DNA of 64,000 nt from an uncultured Desulfospira sp. GTDB lineage: Bacteria; Desulfobacterota; Desulfobacteria; Desulfobacterales; Desulfobacteraceae. How positions within the stretch are numbered: position 1 is the stretch's first letter; every line of letters starts with the position of its first letter. Below the pieces are notes generated by a model that saw only the letters and a program-made list of their open reading frames with translations, searched no databases and was not told the DNA's origin. The stretch covers positions 96,001 to 160,000 of the forward strand of contig OY760175.1 in the NCBI GenBank assembly GCA_963663165.1, given 5' to 3'. Below are positions 44,988 to 54,687 of this stretch, piece by piece. The position numbers and the translations under genes are program-made.

Positions 44988-47900
44988 TTAACAATCAGGC
45001 TTGCCGGTAAGTGTGTTGCTGATTAACCAGTTGTAAAGACCCTCAGCTACAGTTCGTGCCTCAGGGTTTAAACCAAACAGGAGTTCTTTTTCCTGGAAAA
45101 AAGCCTGGGCCGCAGCCGCATAAGGTTCCAGTGACATATCAAACCCATGATTTTTTAAAAAATTAAGATAAAATGTATCAAACCCAAGGTTCTTAATAAG
45201 CCTTGTAAGCCGGAGCAGGTCAACCCTGAAGACGATCCACAGTTCTATAGGGTTCTTTTCAAATACCGGCCTTAACCGGTCACAACACAAACCAGGATTG
45301 CCTTCAATTAAATCGTGTGCTGCCAGCAATAAGGCTTTACCCGGAAAGGGCAGGTTGTGAATGCTTTCCAATTGCTCCTTGAATCTGTGAATATTTTTTT
45401 GTTTTAAATTCAGCCAGAGGAGATTGGCTTTGCAAATGCTTCCATCCGGATCAAGTTTGATGGCTTCCAGATAAGCGGCCTTACTGTCTTCATCCTTATT
45501 AAGATGGTCCTGGTACAAGCTGCCCAGGCCATCCCATGGCTGGACAATTGTGGGATCAAGTTTAATGGCTTTTTTATAAACCCGTTCACTGTCTTGATAT
45601 CGGTTAAGATGCTCCCTGTACAAATTACCCAGGCCATTCCACGGGTAAGCATATGTGGGATCAAGTTCTATGGCCTTTTGGTAAGCCTGTTCGCTTTCTT
45701 CATATCGGTTAAGACGCTCCCCGTACAAATTACCCAGGCCATTCCACGGGTAAGCATATGTGGGATCAAGTTCTATGGCCTTTTGGTAAGCCTGTTCGCT
45801 TTCTTCATATCGGTTAAGACGCCCCTCATACAAATTACCCAGGCCATTCCACGGGTAAGCAGATACGGGATCAAGTTCCATGGCTTTTTTGTAAGCCTGT
45901 TCACTGTCCTCATATCGGTTTAGGTAAAACTGGTACAACCCCGCCAGATTAAACCATACGTCAGCGTTCGTTGGATCAATCTCTATGGTTTGCTTGTATG
46001 CCCGTTCGCTGTTTTCATATTGGTTGAGGTGAGTCTGGTATAAGATCCCCAGATTGAACCAGGCAGTAGGGTTCGTTGGATTGAATTTAATGGCTTTTTT
46101 GTAGGCGTGTTCACTGTCCTTATATCGTTTGAGGTGAGCCTGGTACAAGTTCCCCAGATTTAACCAAATGAGATCATTTTTGGGGTTGAATTTAATGGCT
46201 TTTTGGTAAGCCCGTTCGCTGTCTTCATATCGGTTGAGGTGAACTTCGTATAACTTACCCAGATTTACCCATATGGATACATCTGTTGGGCTGAGCCCAA
46301 CGGCCTTTTTATAAGCCATTTCGCTCTTTTCGTATTGATTGAGGTGATATTGGCACAACCCGCCCAGATTAGCCCATATAAGTGCATTTGTTGGGTCAAG
46401 TTCAAGGGCCCTTTTGTAGGCCTGTTCACTTTCATTAAACCGGTTGAGATGTCCTCGGTACAAGTTCCCCAGGCCGTTCCAGGGGAAAGAAATTGTTGAG
46501 TCAAGTTCAATGGCATTTTTGTAAGCCTGTTCACTTTCTTCATACCGACTGAGTCGGATCTGGAACAAATTTCCCAGATTGTTCCAGGCAAGTGCGGTAG
46601 TCGGGGGCATTGCCTGACAAAAGGTTAAGAATTTTTCAATATCGGCATCTTTTGCGGACTCAAAAGTTTTAGAATATAAAAAGATATCGATAAAGTCATT
46701 ATCTTCACTGCCTGACAGAACCGCCAGTGCTTCCACAGGATCGGAAAATGATGTGAGGATACCATCCCTAAAAAGAGCGGACACTTTTTTGTATGGCGTA
46801 TCACCTAATACCTTTTTGATTCGCTGGGTTTCACTATAGAGAAAATCTGATAATTTTTTTTGTTGGGTAACGTCGAAATCTTTGGCAAAGTCCGCGTAAC
46901 GCTGTTTGCTTTTTAAACTCAACCCTATCGATTCGGAGACCTGTTGGGCCAATTCCCCGGCATCTGATGGAGATGCGCCGGCGGTAATGAATCCTTGGGC
47001 CATTTTTTTTCTACGAAGGTCATGGTCCAGTATCTTGGGCTCATAGTCTTCACCGGGCAGCAGATTCTGAATGAAGTCCGGGGTCTTGCCAATCAAAGGT
47101 TTTGTCAGGGCAGTGCGAAGTGCCTGCTGAAGCGGAGCATCGTGGTCCATGGCGTGAAGAAGGGCATCGCTGTAAAGGTTCCTGCAGGTGTTCTCTCTTG
47201 CAATTAACTGCCTGGCCTGGTCCCCAAGTTCCGTTTTTGAATAATAGGTTGACAAAAACCGGCTCAGCCACTGCAACCTGAGGCGGTTGCGCCGTGTGCC
47301 GTGGCGCATGAGATACCAGATATTATAGAACCTCTCTGCCAATTGGACCCCGTTTCGTTTAGGGCCCATGGACACTCGTTCCAGCAGGCCGTCTTTTTTC
47401 AGCCGGTTTATGAGCCCTGACAATGTGGTTGGGACAATTCCGGTAGTTTTTGATATTTCGGCCGAAGAGATTGGGTCCCATGCCAGGGCCACGGCATCAA
47501 TAACCCGGCGCTGCTGCTGCGACAGTTCTTCAGTCCGGGATTTATACAGGGGGGTGGTGGTCTCAAGGACCCCCTCCAGAAGCTGTCCCATATCTCCACC
47601 GTCGTCCGGAACTGCTTTGGCTATGGTTTCAAGAACCTGGTAGATTAAAACCAGGGTCCTGGGATTGCCCCCGCACAGGGTATGCATGACCCTGATTCGC
47701 TGGGGATGGCGCTGCATATCCAAAAGGACGTCCAGTCCGGGCTTTCCTCTTGTCCGGGCCAGCCGGACCAGGCATTCCTTCATCTCATGGGAATCCAGTG
47801 CCCCAAGGTCATCCATGGAAAAAAAATCGTAAAACGGTCCTTCCCGTTGGGAAAGCTGGGGCAGATGGGTTGGCGTGCAGGCAATCATCAGGGGGGCATG

Positions 47901-48452
47901 TTTATCAAGCAAGCTTTTTCTTAAAGCCCATTGATCTGTTACCGCCAGGCTGTCAAGGATAAGATTCAGGTTGTCCACCAACAGGATCAAGCGCCTGCTG
48001 TTCGCATCAGCAACGGCACAGATGTCTCTGTACAGATCCTTGCTTGCACGAACTGCATGATCTAAGGATTCAGCCTGGGCTGGTTTTCCGTTTTTTTCAC
48101 ACCAGTCAGCCAGGGCGTCGGCACAATTTTTCCAGAAATCATTTAATTGCCCGATATTATACTGCTCTTCCCGGAAATTGAGCGGTATCCAGGCTTGGGA
48201 AAGTGTGTGGTCATCTCTTACGGCCAAAGCGATTCTTCGCAGCAGCGACGTTTTTCCCATGCCCCGTTGCCCGAACACCAGACGGTGGTGAAGAATGGTC
48301 TGGTTGCCGCTTTCTGCGATGTGGCGCAGCATTCGATTCAAAAGAGGGAGCCGGGCCACAAATGTATTGAGAAAGTCGGTTTCATTCAGTTGCAGGGGAT
48401 CATAGACAGCCATTCGGAGTGTGGTGCCGGCTTTTTCTTCGGTCACAGACAT
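44988..48452 (-). CDS. P-loop ATPase (STAND-like) + winged helix + about 12 TPR repeats
   Basis: Walker A GQRGMGKT, Walker B LLVDNL, GGNPR, HTH-like SSAEISKTTG...TLSGLINRL, repeats of WxNLGNLY...RYEESEQAYQKAIELDP. Confidence 0.88.
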   Translation of the reverse strand: MSVTEEKAGTTLRMAVYDPLQLNETDFLNTFVARLPLLNRMLRHIAESGNQTILHHRLVFGQRGMGKTSLLRRIALAVRDDHTLSQAWIPLNFREEQYNIGQLNDFWKNCADALADWCEKNGKPAQAESLDHAVRASKDLYRDICAVADANSRRLILLVDNLNLILDSLAVTDQWALRKSLLDKHAPLMIACTPTHLPQLSQREGPFYDFFSMDDLGALDSHEMKECLVRLARTRGKPGLDVLLDMQRHPQRIRVMHTLCGGNPRTLVLIYQVLETIAKAVPDDGGDMGQLLEGVLETTTPLYKSRTEELSQQQRRVIDAVALAWDPISSAEISKTTGIVPTTLSGLINRLKKDGLLERVSMGPKRNGVQLAERFYNIWYLMRHGTRRNRLRLQWLSRFLSTYYSKTELGDQARQLIARENTCRNLYSDALLHAMDHDAPLQQALRTALTKPLIGKTPDFIQNLLPGEDYEPKILDHDLRRKKMAQGFITAGASPSDAGELAQQVSESIGLSLKSKQRYADFAKDFDVTQQKKLSDFLYSETQRIKKVLGDTPYKKVSALFRDGILTSFSDPVEALAVLSGSEDNDFIDIFLYSKTFESAKDADIEKFLTFCQAMPPTTALAWNNLGNLFQIRLSRYEESEQAYKNAIELDSTISFPWNGLGNLYRGHLNRFNESEQAYKRALELDPTNALIWANLGGLCQYHLNQYEKSEMAYKKAVGLSPTDVSIWVNLGKLYEVHLNRYEDSERAYQKAIKFNPKNDLIWLNLGNLYQAHLKRYKDSEHAYKKAIKFNPTNPTAWFNLGILYQTHLNQYENSERAYKQTIEIDPTNADVWFNLAGLYQFYLNRYEDSEQAYKKAMELDPVSAYPWNGLGNLYEGRLNRYEESEQAYQKAIELDPTYAYPWNGLGNLYGERLNRYEESEQAYQKAIELDPTYAYPWNGLGNLYREHLNRYQDSERVYKKAIKLDPTIVQPWDGLGSLYQDHLNKDEDSKAAYLEAIKLDPDGSICKANLLWLNLKQKNIHRFKEQLESIHNLPFPGKALLLAAHDLIEGNPGLCCDRLRPVFEKNPIELWIVFRVDLLRLTRLIKNLGFDTFYLNFLKNHGFDMSLEPYAAAAQAFFQEKELLFGLNPEARTVAEGLYNWLISNTLTGKPDC
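45540..45920 (-). repeat. 105-bp tandem repeats encoding 35-aa TPR units
   Basis: gggatcaagtt recurs at 45552, 45657, 45762 and 45867; 45618-45717 and 45723-45822 are identical by eye. Confidence 0.9.
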
Positions 48453-49563
48453 TGGTATCTCCTCCAGTATTCACGGAGCAGCCCGAAAACAAATCGATAC
48501 TGTCCAGTGTCAGAGGCTTTGCTGATAAACCCGTCGTTTTCCAGAGAAACGATGGTGTTTCGAAGGCCGGTGATATCTATTTTGCTTAGCTTCTCATTGT
48601 TTCGAAGGGATTCCAGGCTCTCCCCGTCCGGATGGCAGCTGAGAATGTTTAACACGGCATGGGCCATTAATTTTTGCTGGTCCGGATAGTTTCGGTTGAT
48701 GTGGTCGGGCCAGTCTGAAAATATCCGGTTGAACGGATGCCTAAGCAAAGTGTCAAACGCCTGATCGATATGTGCCGCAGTAATGCTCATGCCTTCTGGA
48801 ACTTCATCTTCAATCCGGTCCAGAAAGCCTGACAAGTAGTGGGGAGCCAACCAGCCGAGCCGGGTATGCATTAAGTCATGCCCATTCTTATCCGGCTTTG
48901 GTAAATTCCGCCTGCCACAAAGGTCATTCACGAATGCGGTTGCCTGTTTCGGCGTGAGGGGCGCCAAAGGAAAAGGGTCCAGAAGGTTAAGCGTGCCTCC
49001 CAGCCCATATTGGTCAGCCACATGATCAATGCCAATGGAGCCGGTAAGTAACCACCGAATATTCGGATACTGCTGCTGGTGCTCCGAAGCCTTCTCATGA
49101 AAGCGCGGCCTTGGATTTCATCAACCGCCAGAAGGCTTGACAGGCAGACAGAAATCTCATCAATAAGAATCAGGCTTGGACGGTCGGCACTGTTCAGAGC
49201 CTTTAAGGTTGCGTTCAACATAGACTCCCAGTTTGATTTAAGCAACAGCTCCTGGTAGGTGTTTGCCGGTGTGTCCCCTTGGAGAATATCGGTTACCCGT
49301 TTGCCCAGCTGCTGCCACAAAGAAAGGAAAAATTTTTTTTCACTGATTTCTTTGCATATCCTTCGTACAGCACCCAGGGCAGTCGTTTCGGCTTCCAGGT
49401 CTACAAAAACAGCCGTAATGTTGCGGGCCTTGGCATCTTCTTCAAGTTTGCGCATCAGCCAAGTCTTTCCCAGACGTCTGGGGGCAAATAATGCCACATG
49501 CTTTCCGCGTTCAAAAAGTTGCCATAGCTTCTGCCGTTCTTTTTCTCTTTCCCAAATGGTCAT
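48443..49563 (-). pseudogene. AAA/STAND-like ATPase split by a 1-nt frameshift near 49079 (pseudogene or sequencing error)
   Basis: Walker A APRRLGKT and Walker B LIDEI in ORF 48928-49563; continues in another frame as QQYPNIRWLLTGSIGIDHVADQYG into ORF 48443-49021. Confidence 0.8.
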
Positions 49564-49755
49564 TTTCTATCCTCTTTAAATAAATTCAACAATGAATATA
49601 TTTCATTTTGAATATTTTTTCAAGAACAACGTTCTTTATCCCCATCCAATCTCTCATAAAGGGAATTTCAAGATTCCCTTTATGGCGAATAAGCCGAAGT
49701 CTGAGGGAGTGGAACAGTTTTTTGCTTTACCGCTCAAACCGGGGAATTCGCAAAT

Positions 49756-49786
49756 CCGGTCTCTCGTTTCCCGTCTCCGGCCTCCC
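49756..49786 (+). repeat. GGTCTCC-family heptamer arm abutting structured repeat copy B
   Basis: ccggtct ctcgttt cccgtct ccggcct ccc. Confidence 0.65.
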
Positions 49787-49788
49787 TA

Positions 49789-50010
49789 TAACGGCCACGG
49801 GCCGCCTTGGTTATCCAACCAAGAACCGCCCACAACAAATATTGAAAGTCTTCTCAGGACGTTAGTGAGACTTTCATATAACGGTCACGGACCACAAGCC
49901 CACAACGAATAATGAAACTGAAGATACCAGCAACGGTAGACTATAAATTGGGCACCGCAGGTGCTTCGCCCTCTTGTCTCTTGTGTCTTGTCTCCAGTTT
50001 CTTATAAAAA
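49789..50010 (+). repeat. Modular structured repeat, copy B (one 90-bp unit plus terminal module)
   Basis: Matches 22445-22534 plus 22625-22756 with 5 mismatches counted by eye. Confidence 0.9.
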
Positions 50011-50071
50011 TAACCGTTTCCTTTTGATGGGAGTTCCATTATGGTATATGGACTTTCAAGTGGAGGGAATT

Positions 50072-50860
50072 GTGGAAAAACTGGTTTTCGGACTGCATGT
50101 CAACAGCCATATCAATATTGAAGTCATTAAAAAATCGCTGCTGTTTGAAATGGTCAAAGAAGATCCCACGGAACTGCTTTATAAAACAGAAACCGGCGGC
50201 TATATCTTTGTTGCCAACTATGGCAGCGTTGTCTTCGTGGATGTGGATCAGGGGGAGCAGACCTTGATTTTGCGGTCCATCCGGGATCTGCTGGAAATTG
50301 AGTACACCTCGGACTTTGAGAGCGAAAAATACACCATTGAGATCGACAGCAAAAAACAGCGCCGGGTCCTTTTCAATAAAGTCATTCTGACCTCATATGA
50401 GGCAGATAAAATTTACACGGTGATGTTCTCCATTGCCCAGTCCATTGCCCTGGATTACTACAGCTCACAGTCTGAGCAGCTCCTCGAAGAAACACGGGTT
50501 TACACCACCCAGCTCGAAACAAACGGGAAGGTCGATCTCAAAGGCCGGCAGCTGATCCGGTATATCGGGAAAGCCCTGAACATAAAAAATCAGATTGCCC
50601 GGAACCTCTATATTTTTGATACACCGGAGCTCATGTGGGAAGAGCAAAGTTTAAACCAGCTGCATTCAGCCCTGACCCGTGAACTTGATATCACCCTGCG
50701 CTACCGCTACACATTGGAGAATTTAAACATTGTCCAGGAGAATCTCGAACTTTTTAAAGACCTTTCCCAGCACAGCCACAATGCACAGCTGGAGTGGATC
50801 ATCATTATTTTGATTCTCATTGAGGTCCTTGATCTTTTTGTCACCAAACTGATCCACTGA
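50072..50860 (+). CDS. RMD1 / DUF155 family protein (start could be ATG 50048)
   Basis: YGSVVF, SIAQSIALDYY, DTPELMWE...L, ELDI..R, LEWIIIILILIE. Confidence 0.88.
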   Translation: MEKLVFGLHVNSHINIEVIKKSLLFEMVKEDPTELLYKTETGGYIFVANYGSVVFVDVDQGEQTLILRSIRDLLEIEYTSDFESEKYTIEIDSKKQRRVLFNKVILTSYEADKIYTVMFSIAQSIALDYYSSQSEQLLEETRVYTTQLETNGKVDLKGRQLIRYIGKALNIKNQIARNLYIFDTPELMWEEQSLNQLHSALTRELDITLRYRYTLENLNIVQENLELFKDLSQHSHNAQLEWIIIILILIEVLDLFVTKLIH

Positions 50861-50957
50861 CAGCGCCCGTTTCACCGCAGTCTTTTGCCCCGATTTTGAC
50901 CATTATCCCAAACTGTTGAACCGTTACGGCGGCTCAAACCGCTCTGTGATGAGGCCT

Positions 50958-51494
50958 TTACGCCTCTATGCCGCAAATCAGGGGCTCTTGTCCCGCGTCA
51001 TGGAAATCAGGTACCGGCCAAAGATCGGGTCCTGTCCGGATTTCGGCATAAAGAAGGTCAAGCCATTGCATGGCCTTAAATTCGGGCATGCCCATCCGGC
51101 TAAGGACGGACTGCCAGTCCCGATGTTTTGAAATCGGGCAGTGGGGATCAATTCCCAGGATACAATTTTCCATAAACGTATAAGGATACAGCCGGCAAAT
51201 CAGCGGCCGCCGGTCGGGCGGAAGGATGCACCCGGTGTCCGAAGCCATGCAGCACTTTTTGTCATCGGTCCGTTTCAACACCCGAACCTGGTTGCCGGGT
51301 GACAGGATCAGGGGCAGCCATGACGGGTCGTAATCCGGTTCGATATCGGTCCGTACCGGGGATTCAAAGGTAAAAAAGTCACCATTTTTTGTGACATCGG
51401 CAATGCGGCAAACATCACCGGGGGTCAGAAAAATCTGATATCCGCTGCAGCACGACGTGCCCTGGCCGGCGCAGCTTGCACAAGGGTTATCCAT
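50958..51494 (-). CDS. YkgJ-family CxxC..CC cysteine-cluster protein
   Basis: CASC...SCC, IFLTPGD..RI, C....GC.L....RPLICRLYP. Confidence 0.85.
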   Translation of the reverse strand: MDNPCASCAGQGTSCCSGYQIFLTPGDVCRIADVTKNGDFFTFESPVRTDIEPDYDPSWLPLILSPGNQVRVLKRTDDKKCCMASDTGCILPPDRRPLICRLYPYTFMENCILGIDPHCPISKHRDWQSVLSRMGMPEFKAMQWLDLLYAEIRTGPDLWPVPDFHDAGQEPLICGIEA

Positions 51495-51735
51495 AGAGTT
51501 TCTCCAGGGTCAGTTTGACTGGGGGATTGACATAAGGCCCGAAGTCAGAAGGCATCGGCTTCCGATCCGGGCCGGTTTTACAGCATGGCTACGGTTTGGC
51601 ATGGTTGAATGTTCTTTGGCCGCTATGTCTGTCGGGGTTTGGATTTTTTGGTTTTTGTCTCATTATGTCTTAACCACAAACGGTTCCAGGCTTGGCGTAG
51701 TCTTTGATTCCCAAAATCTGTTTTGCACCCTCCTT

Positions 51736-51751
51736 AGCAATTTAGATGCCA
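51736..51751 (-). promoter_or_regulatory. sigma54 -24/-12 promoter pointing toward the ykgJ-like gene
   Basis: Minus strand TGGCATCTAAATTGCT (GG-N10-GC). Confidence 0.7.
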
Positions 51752-51825
51752 TGTGGATAATGAACAGCCATTAATCCGGAAAACGGCCCTGGCAGGCCGG
51801 ATTCCCCCAAAATATCCGGTCTGGG

Positions 51826-51875
51826 ATCGGACATTCCATGTCCGATTCGGCAGATCGGGGACATTTCAGGTCCGG
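51826..51875. promoter_or_regulatory. Two GGACA-N5-KGTCC palindromes; candidate enhancer (UAS) sites
   Basis: atcggacat-tcc-atgtccgat (perfect 9-bp inverted repeat) and ggaca-tttca-ggtcc. Confidence 0.55.
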
Positions 51876-52024
51876 TTTTTCATGGGCACGGGCCAGGCCC
51901 CCCGCGCTTTGATGGCCAAGGCGGCGAGGCCTTAACTTTTAAGGCTCAGCCGTTTTGCCCAATCCCGCCCTTCCGGGCCAATGTGATTTAAAAAAATCAG
52001 GAGGGTTTTATTTTCAAAAGCCTT

Positions 52025-52040
52025 CGGCATGGTTCTGGCT
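52025..52040 (+). promoter_or_regulatory. Weaker sigma54-like promoter upstream of the small basic ORF
   Basis: cGGCATGGTTCTGGCT (GG-N10-GC; deviates at flanking positions). Confidence 0.45.
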
Positions 52041-52145
52041 TTATGGTTTTAAGAAGCGGGATACACACGGCCAGCGGCAATATATGAGATGAAGGGCAAA
52101 CCATGGGCCACACCCCCGTTAAAATGAATCCAGCAAGGAGGCATT

Positions 52146-52295
52146 ATGGTAGAAAAAGGGAAAAAAAATAGAAACCGGCGTGAAAGCCTGAAAGTCGGGC
52201 AATTGACCCTGAAAGAAAAGCGCAAAAAGAAAAAAGATAAAAAACTGGCCGGGAATATCTTCCAGAAGATCAAAAATCCAGGGACTGAAAATTAA
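52146..52295 (+). CDS. 49-aa lysine-rich small protein (below the ORF-track cutoff)
   Basis: AAGGAGG RBS, ATG; MVEKGKKNRNRRESLKVGQLTLKEKRKKKKDKKLAGNIFQKIKNPGTEN. Confidence 0.65.
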   Translation: MVEKGKKNRNRRESLKVGQLTLKEKRKKKKDKKLAGNIFQKIKNPGTEN

Positions 52296-52352
52296 GAAGA
52301 TCCGGTTGCTTCGGTATAGGGGATAACCCAATGTCATTAACTTAAGCGTTAA

Positions 52353-52410
52353 TACAAGAAACTGGAAACAAGAGACAAGAGGGTGAAGCGCCGTTGGCGC
52401 CCATTTTATA
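52353..52410 (-). repeat. Partial inverted copy (C) of the terminal module of the structured repeat
   Basis: Reverse complement tataaaatgggcgccaacggcgcttcaccctcttgtctcttgtttccagtttcttgta, versus 22688-22752. Confidence 0.8.
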
Positions 52411-52658
52411 ACCCCTGCGCTAGGCCAAATTTCTTAAGTTAATGGCATTGGGGGATAACCGTTATTTTGATTTGCCGGCAAGGCCGTGTTTCAGCCTGCC
52501 GGCAAATCCGTCTGCTTCCCCATGCCAGGGCAATCTTACGTGAAAATTAAGTTGAATAAAATGTAATGGAGGCCGGAAACCGGAAGAAGGGAGACCAGAT
52601 GCGCCCTTCAAGGGAACCCGGCATCCGGCATCTATCGCTCCATTTTGGGTCAATGCAA

Positions 52659-52711
52659 GGTGGGAGCGGGCCATGCCCGCGATTCGATCGCGGGCATGGC
52701 CCGCTCCCACC
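52659..52711. repeat. REP-doublet (REPIN-like) perfect palindrome with a 25-bp stem
   Basis: ggtgggagcgggccatgcccgcgat-tcg-atcgcgggcatggcccgctcccacc. Confidence 0.85.
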
Positions 52712-52947
52712 CTACCGCTCAAACCAGGGAACTTGACGGTTTCGGTCTCCCGTCTCCCTTCCTCCGGTCTCCATTCTTTCCATTATCATCCACACTCATA
52801 TATCAAACAATCTGCAGATACGATTATCCTGTCAATCGTTCCAGGCCGTGTTGACAGAAACCCGGGTTACTGCTAAAAAAACACCCACACTCTGTTGGTT
52901 CCACCCGTTATGCAGCAGCGTGGCCAAAATTCTTTTTGGGGTTTCAG

Positions 52948-54336
52948 ATGAAAGATATTCTGGTCTTGACCAGTGCAGAAGATGAATACCGTCTGATTTC
53001 AAATGCCTTGTCCGATGCCAACAACATCCGCCGGGCCTTGGATCTTGATACGGCGTATGCCCTGCATACACAGTCGGCGTTTGATCTGATCATGGCCGAC
53101 ATCGAACTGTTGGCAGCCCAGCCGGGCATGGCGGCGTTCAGTTCGGTCAATCCCTTTGTCCAGTTTATTGTGCTGTGCCCCCGGTCCGACACCGGCAAGG
53201 CCATTGAAGCGGTAAAATCCGGTGCCGTGGGATACCTGTTGTCTCCGTTCAGGGAACGGGATGTCCACCTGCTGCTGCCTGCCCTGAACCGGACCCGTTC
53301 CAAGGACTTTGAACTTGATTACCTGCGGGACAGGTTCTGGCGAACCGAATGGCTGGACATCATCCGGTCTAAAAATGCGGCCATGAAAAAGATTTTTGAG
53401 AACATCCGGTCTGTTGCCCCCACCATTGCCACGGTCCTCCTGCTCGGGGAAACCGGAACGGGCAAGGGCACCATGGCCCGGCTGATCCACTGGCACAGCC
53501 GGCGCTATGAAAAACCGTTTATCTCCATCCATTGCGGTGCCATTCCGGACACCCTCATTGAAAGTGAGCTGTTCGGCCATGAGAAGGGCGCCTTTACCAG
53601 TGCGGAACGGAAAAAACCCGGCCGGTTTGAAATGGCAGAGGGCGGCACCCTTTTCCTGGATGAGATCGGCACCATATCACCATCGGCCCAGATCAAGCTT
53701 CTCCAGGTCCTCCAGGACGGCACCTTCAGCCGGATCGGGGGCGATGCCGTACTCAAAGCCGATGTGCGGATCATCGCCGCCACCAATTCAGACCTGGAAG
53801 AGGCTGTCAGCAAGGGATTGTTTCGAAAAGACCTGTTTTACCGCCTGAATGTGTTTCCCATTAAAATCCCGGCCCTCAAGGACCGGCTTGAAGACCTGGA
53901 AGACCTGGTGGATGTCTGTTTGAAAAAATTGAACGTCAAGTACGGGAAAAACATTCAAAGGGTTTATCCGTCTGTTCTGGAGGGATTTTGTCACTATGAA
54001 TGGCCCGGCAACATCCGGGAACTTGAAAATATCCTTGAGCGGGCCTATATCCTGGAAAACTCCCCGGCGATCACCCCCGACAACCTGCCCATTGAAACCC
54101 AGATGCCCATGGCTCAGGATGTATCGGCACCCGGTACCGGCCTGACCCTGGCCCAGGCCCGCCGTCATGCGGTCGATACCTGCGAAATCTCTTACCTGAC
54201 CAGCCTTTTAGAGCAGACCAGCGGCCGGATAGACGAGACGGCACACAAGGCCGGTATTACCCCCCGGCAGCTCAATCGCCTGCTGGCCCGGCACGGGATG
54301 GACAAAAAACAGTTCAAACAGCAAAAAACGCCTTAA
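52948..54336 (+). CDS. sigma54-dependent enhancer-binding protein (receiver-like + AAA+ + HTH)
   Basis: GETGTGK, ESELFGHEKGAFTSA, LFLDEIG, FRKDLFYRLNV, WPGNIREL, C-terminal Fis-type HTH. Confidence 0.95.
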   Translation: MKDILVLTSAEDEYRLISNALSDANNIRRALDLDTAYALHTQSAFDLIMADIELLAAQPGMAAFSSVNPFVQFIVLCPRSDTGKAIEAVKSGAVGYLLSPFRERDVHLLLPALNRTRSKDFELDYLRDRFWRTEWLDIIRSKNAAMKKIFENIRSVAPTIATVLLLGETGTGKGTMARLIHWHSRRYEKPFISIHCGAIPDTLIESELFGHEKGAFTSAERKKPGRFEMAEGGTLFLDEIGTISPSAQIKLLQVLQDGTFSRIGGDAVLKADVRIIAATNSDLEEAVSKGLFRKDLFYRLNVFPIKIPALKDRLEDLEDLVDVCLKKLNVKYGKNIQRVYPSVLEGFCHYEWPGNIRELENILERAYILENSPAITPDNLPIETQMPMAQDVSAPGTGLTLAQARRHAVDTCEISYLTSLLEQTSGRIDETAHKAGITPRQLNRLLARHGMDKKQFKQQKTP

Positions 54337-54687
54337 ACCCTGGCCATCTGCACATATCGCTTGACAAAAAGCAACCCCTTATTTTATCCCTTTTATTTGA
54401 AAATTAATTCGTAACAGACTAAATCTGTGTCAGATAACATGATTGCGATAAATAGTTAATTTAAAATATGTTTTTGCGCCTTATCGCTTTTGGGCGGCCA
54501 TTTGCATGGGGTTAATGAATCAATCGCTGCTTTGGGTTGCCATCGGAATACCAGCGCTTTGTGGCCAACAAAAGGCTTTTTTTATGGTGGTATGCGAATG
54601 TCATCGCCTGTCAAAATGTGACTCGCCCAAGGTCCGGGGTTTAGCCCGCTAACAGTTATGAAAATAATTCAATACAAGGAGTTTCAA

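Noticed and set aside
51487..51663. Minus-strand ORF MRQKP...KP-TAG-PCCK...LYG as an amber read-through peptide upstream of the ykgJ-like gene
   Set aside because: No clear RBS, no recoding evidence in the window, and short enough to arise by chance.
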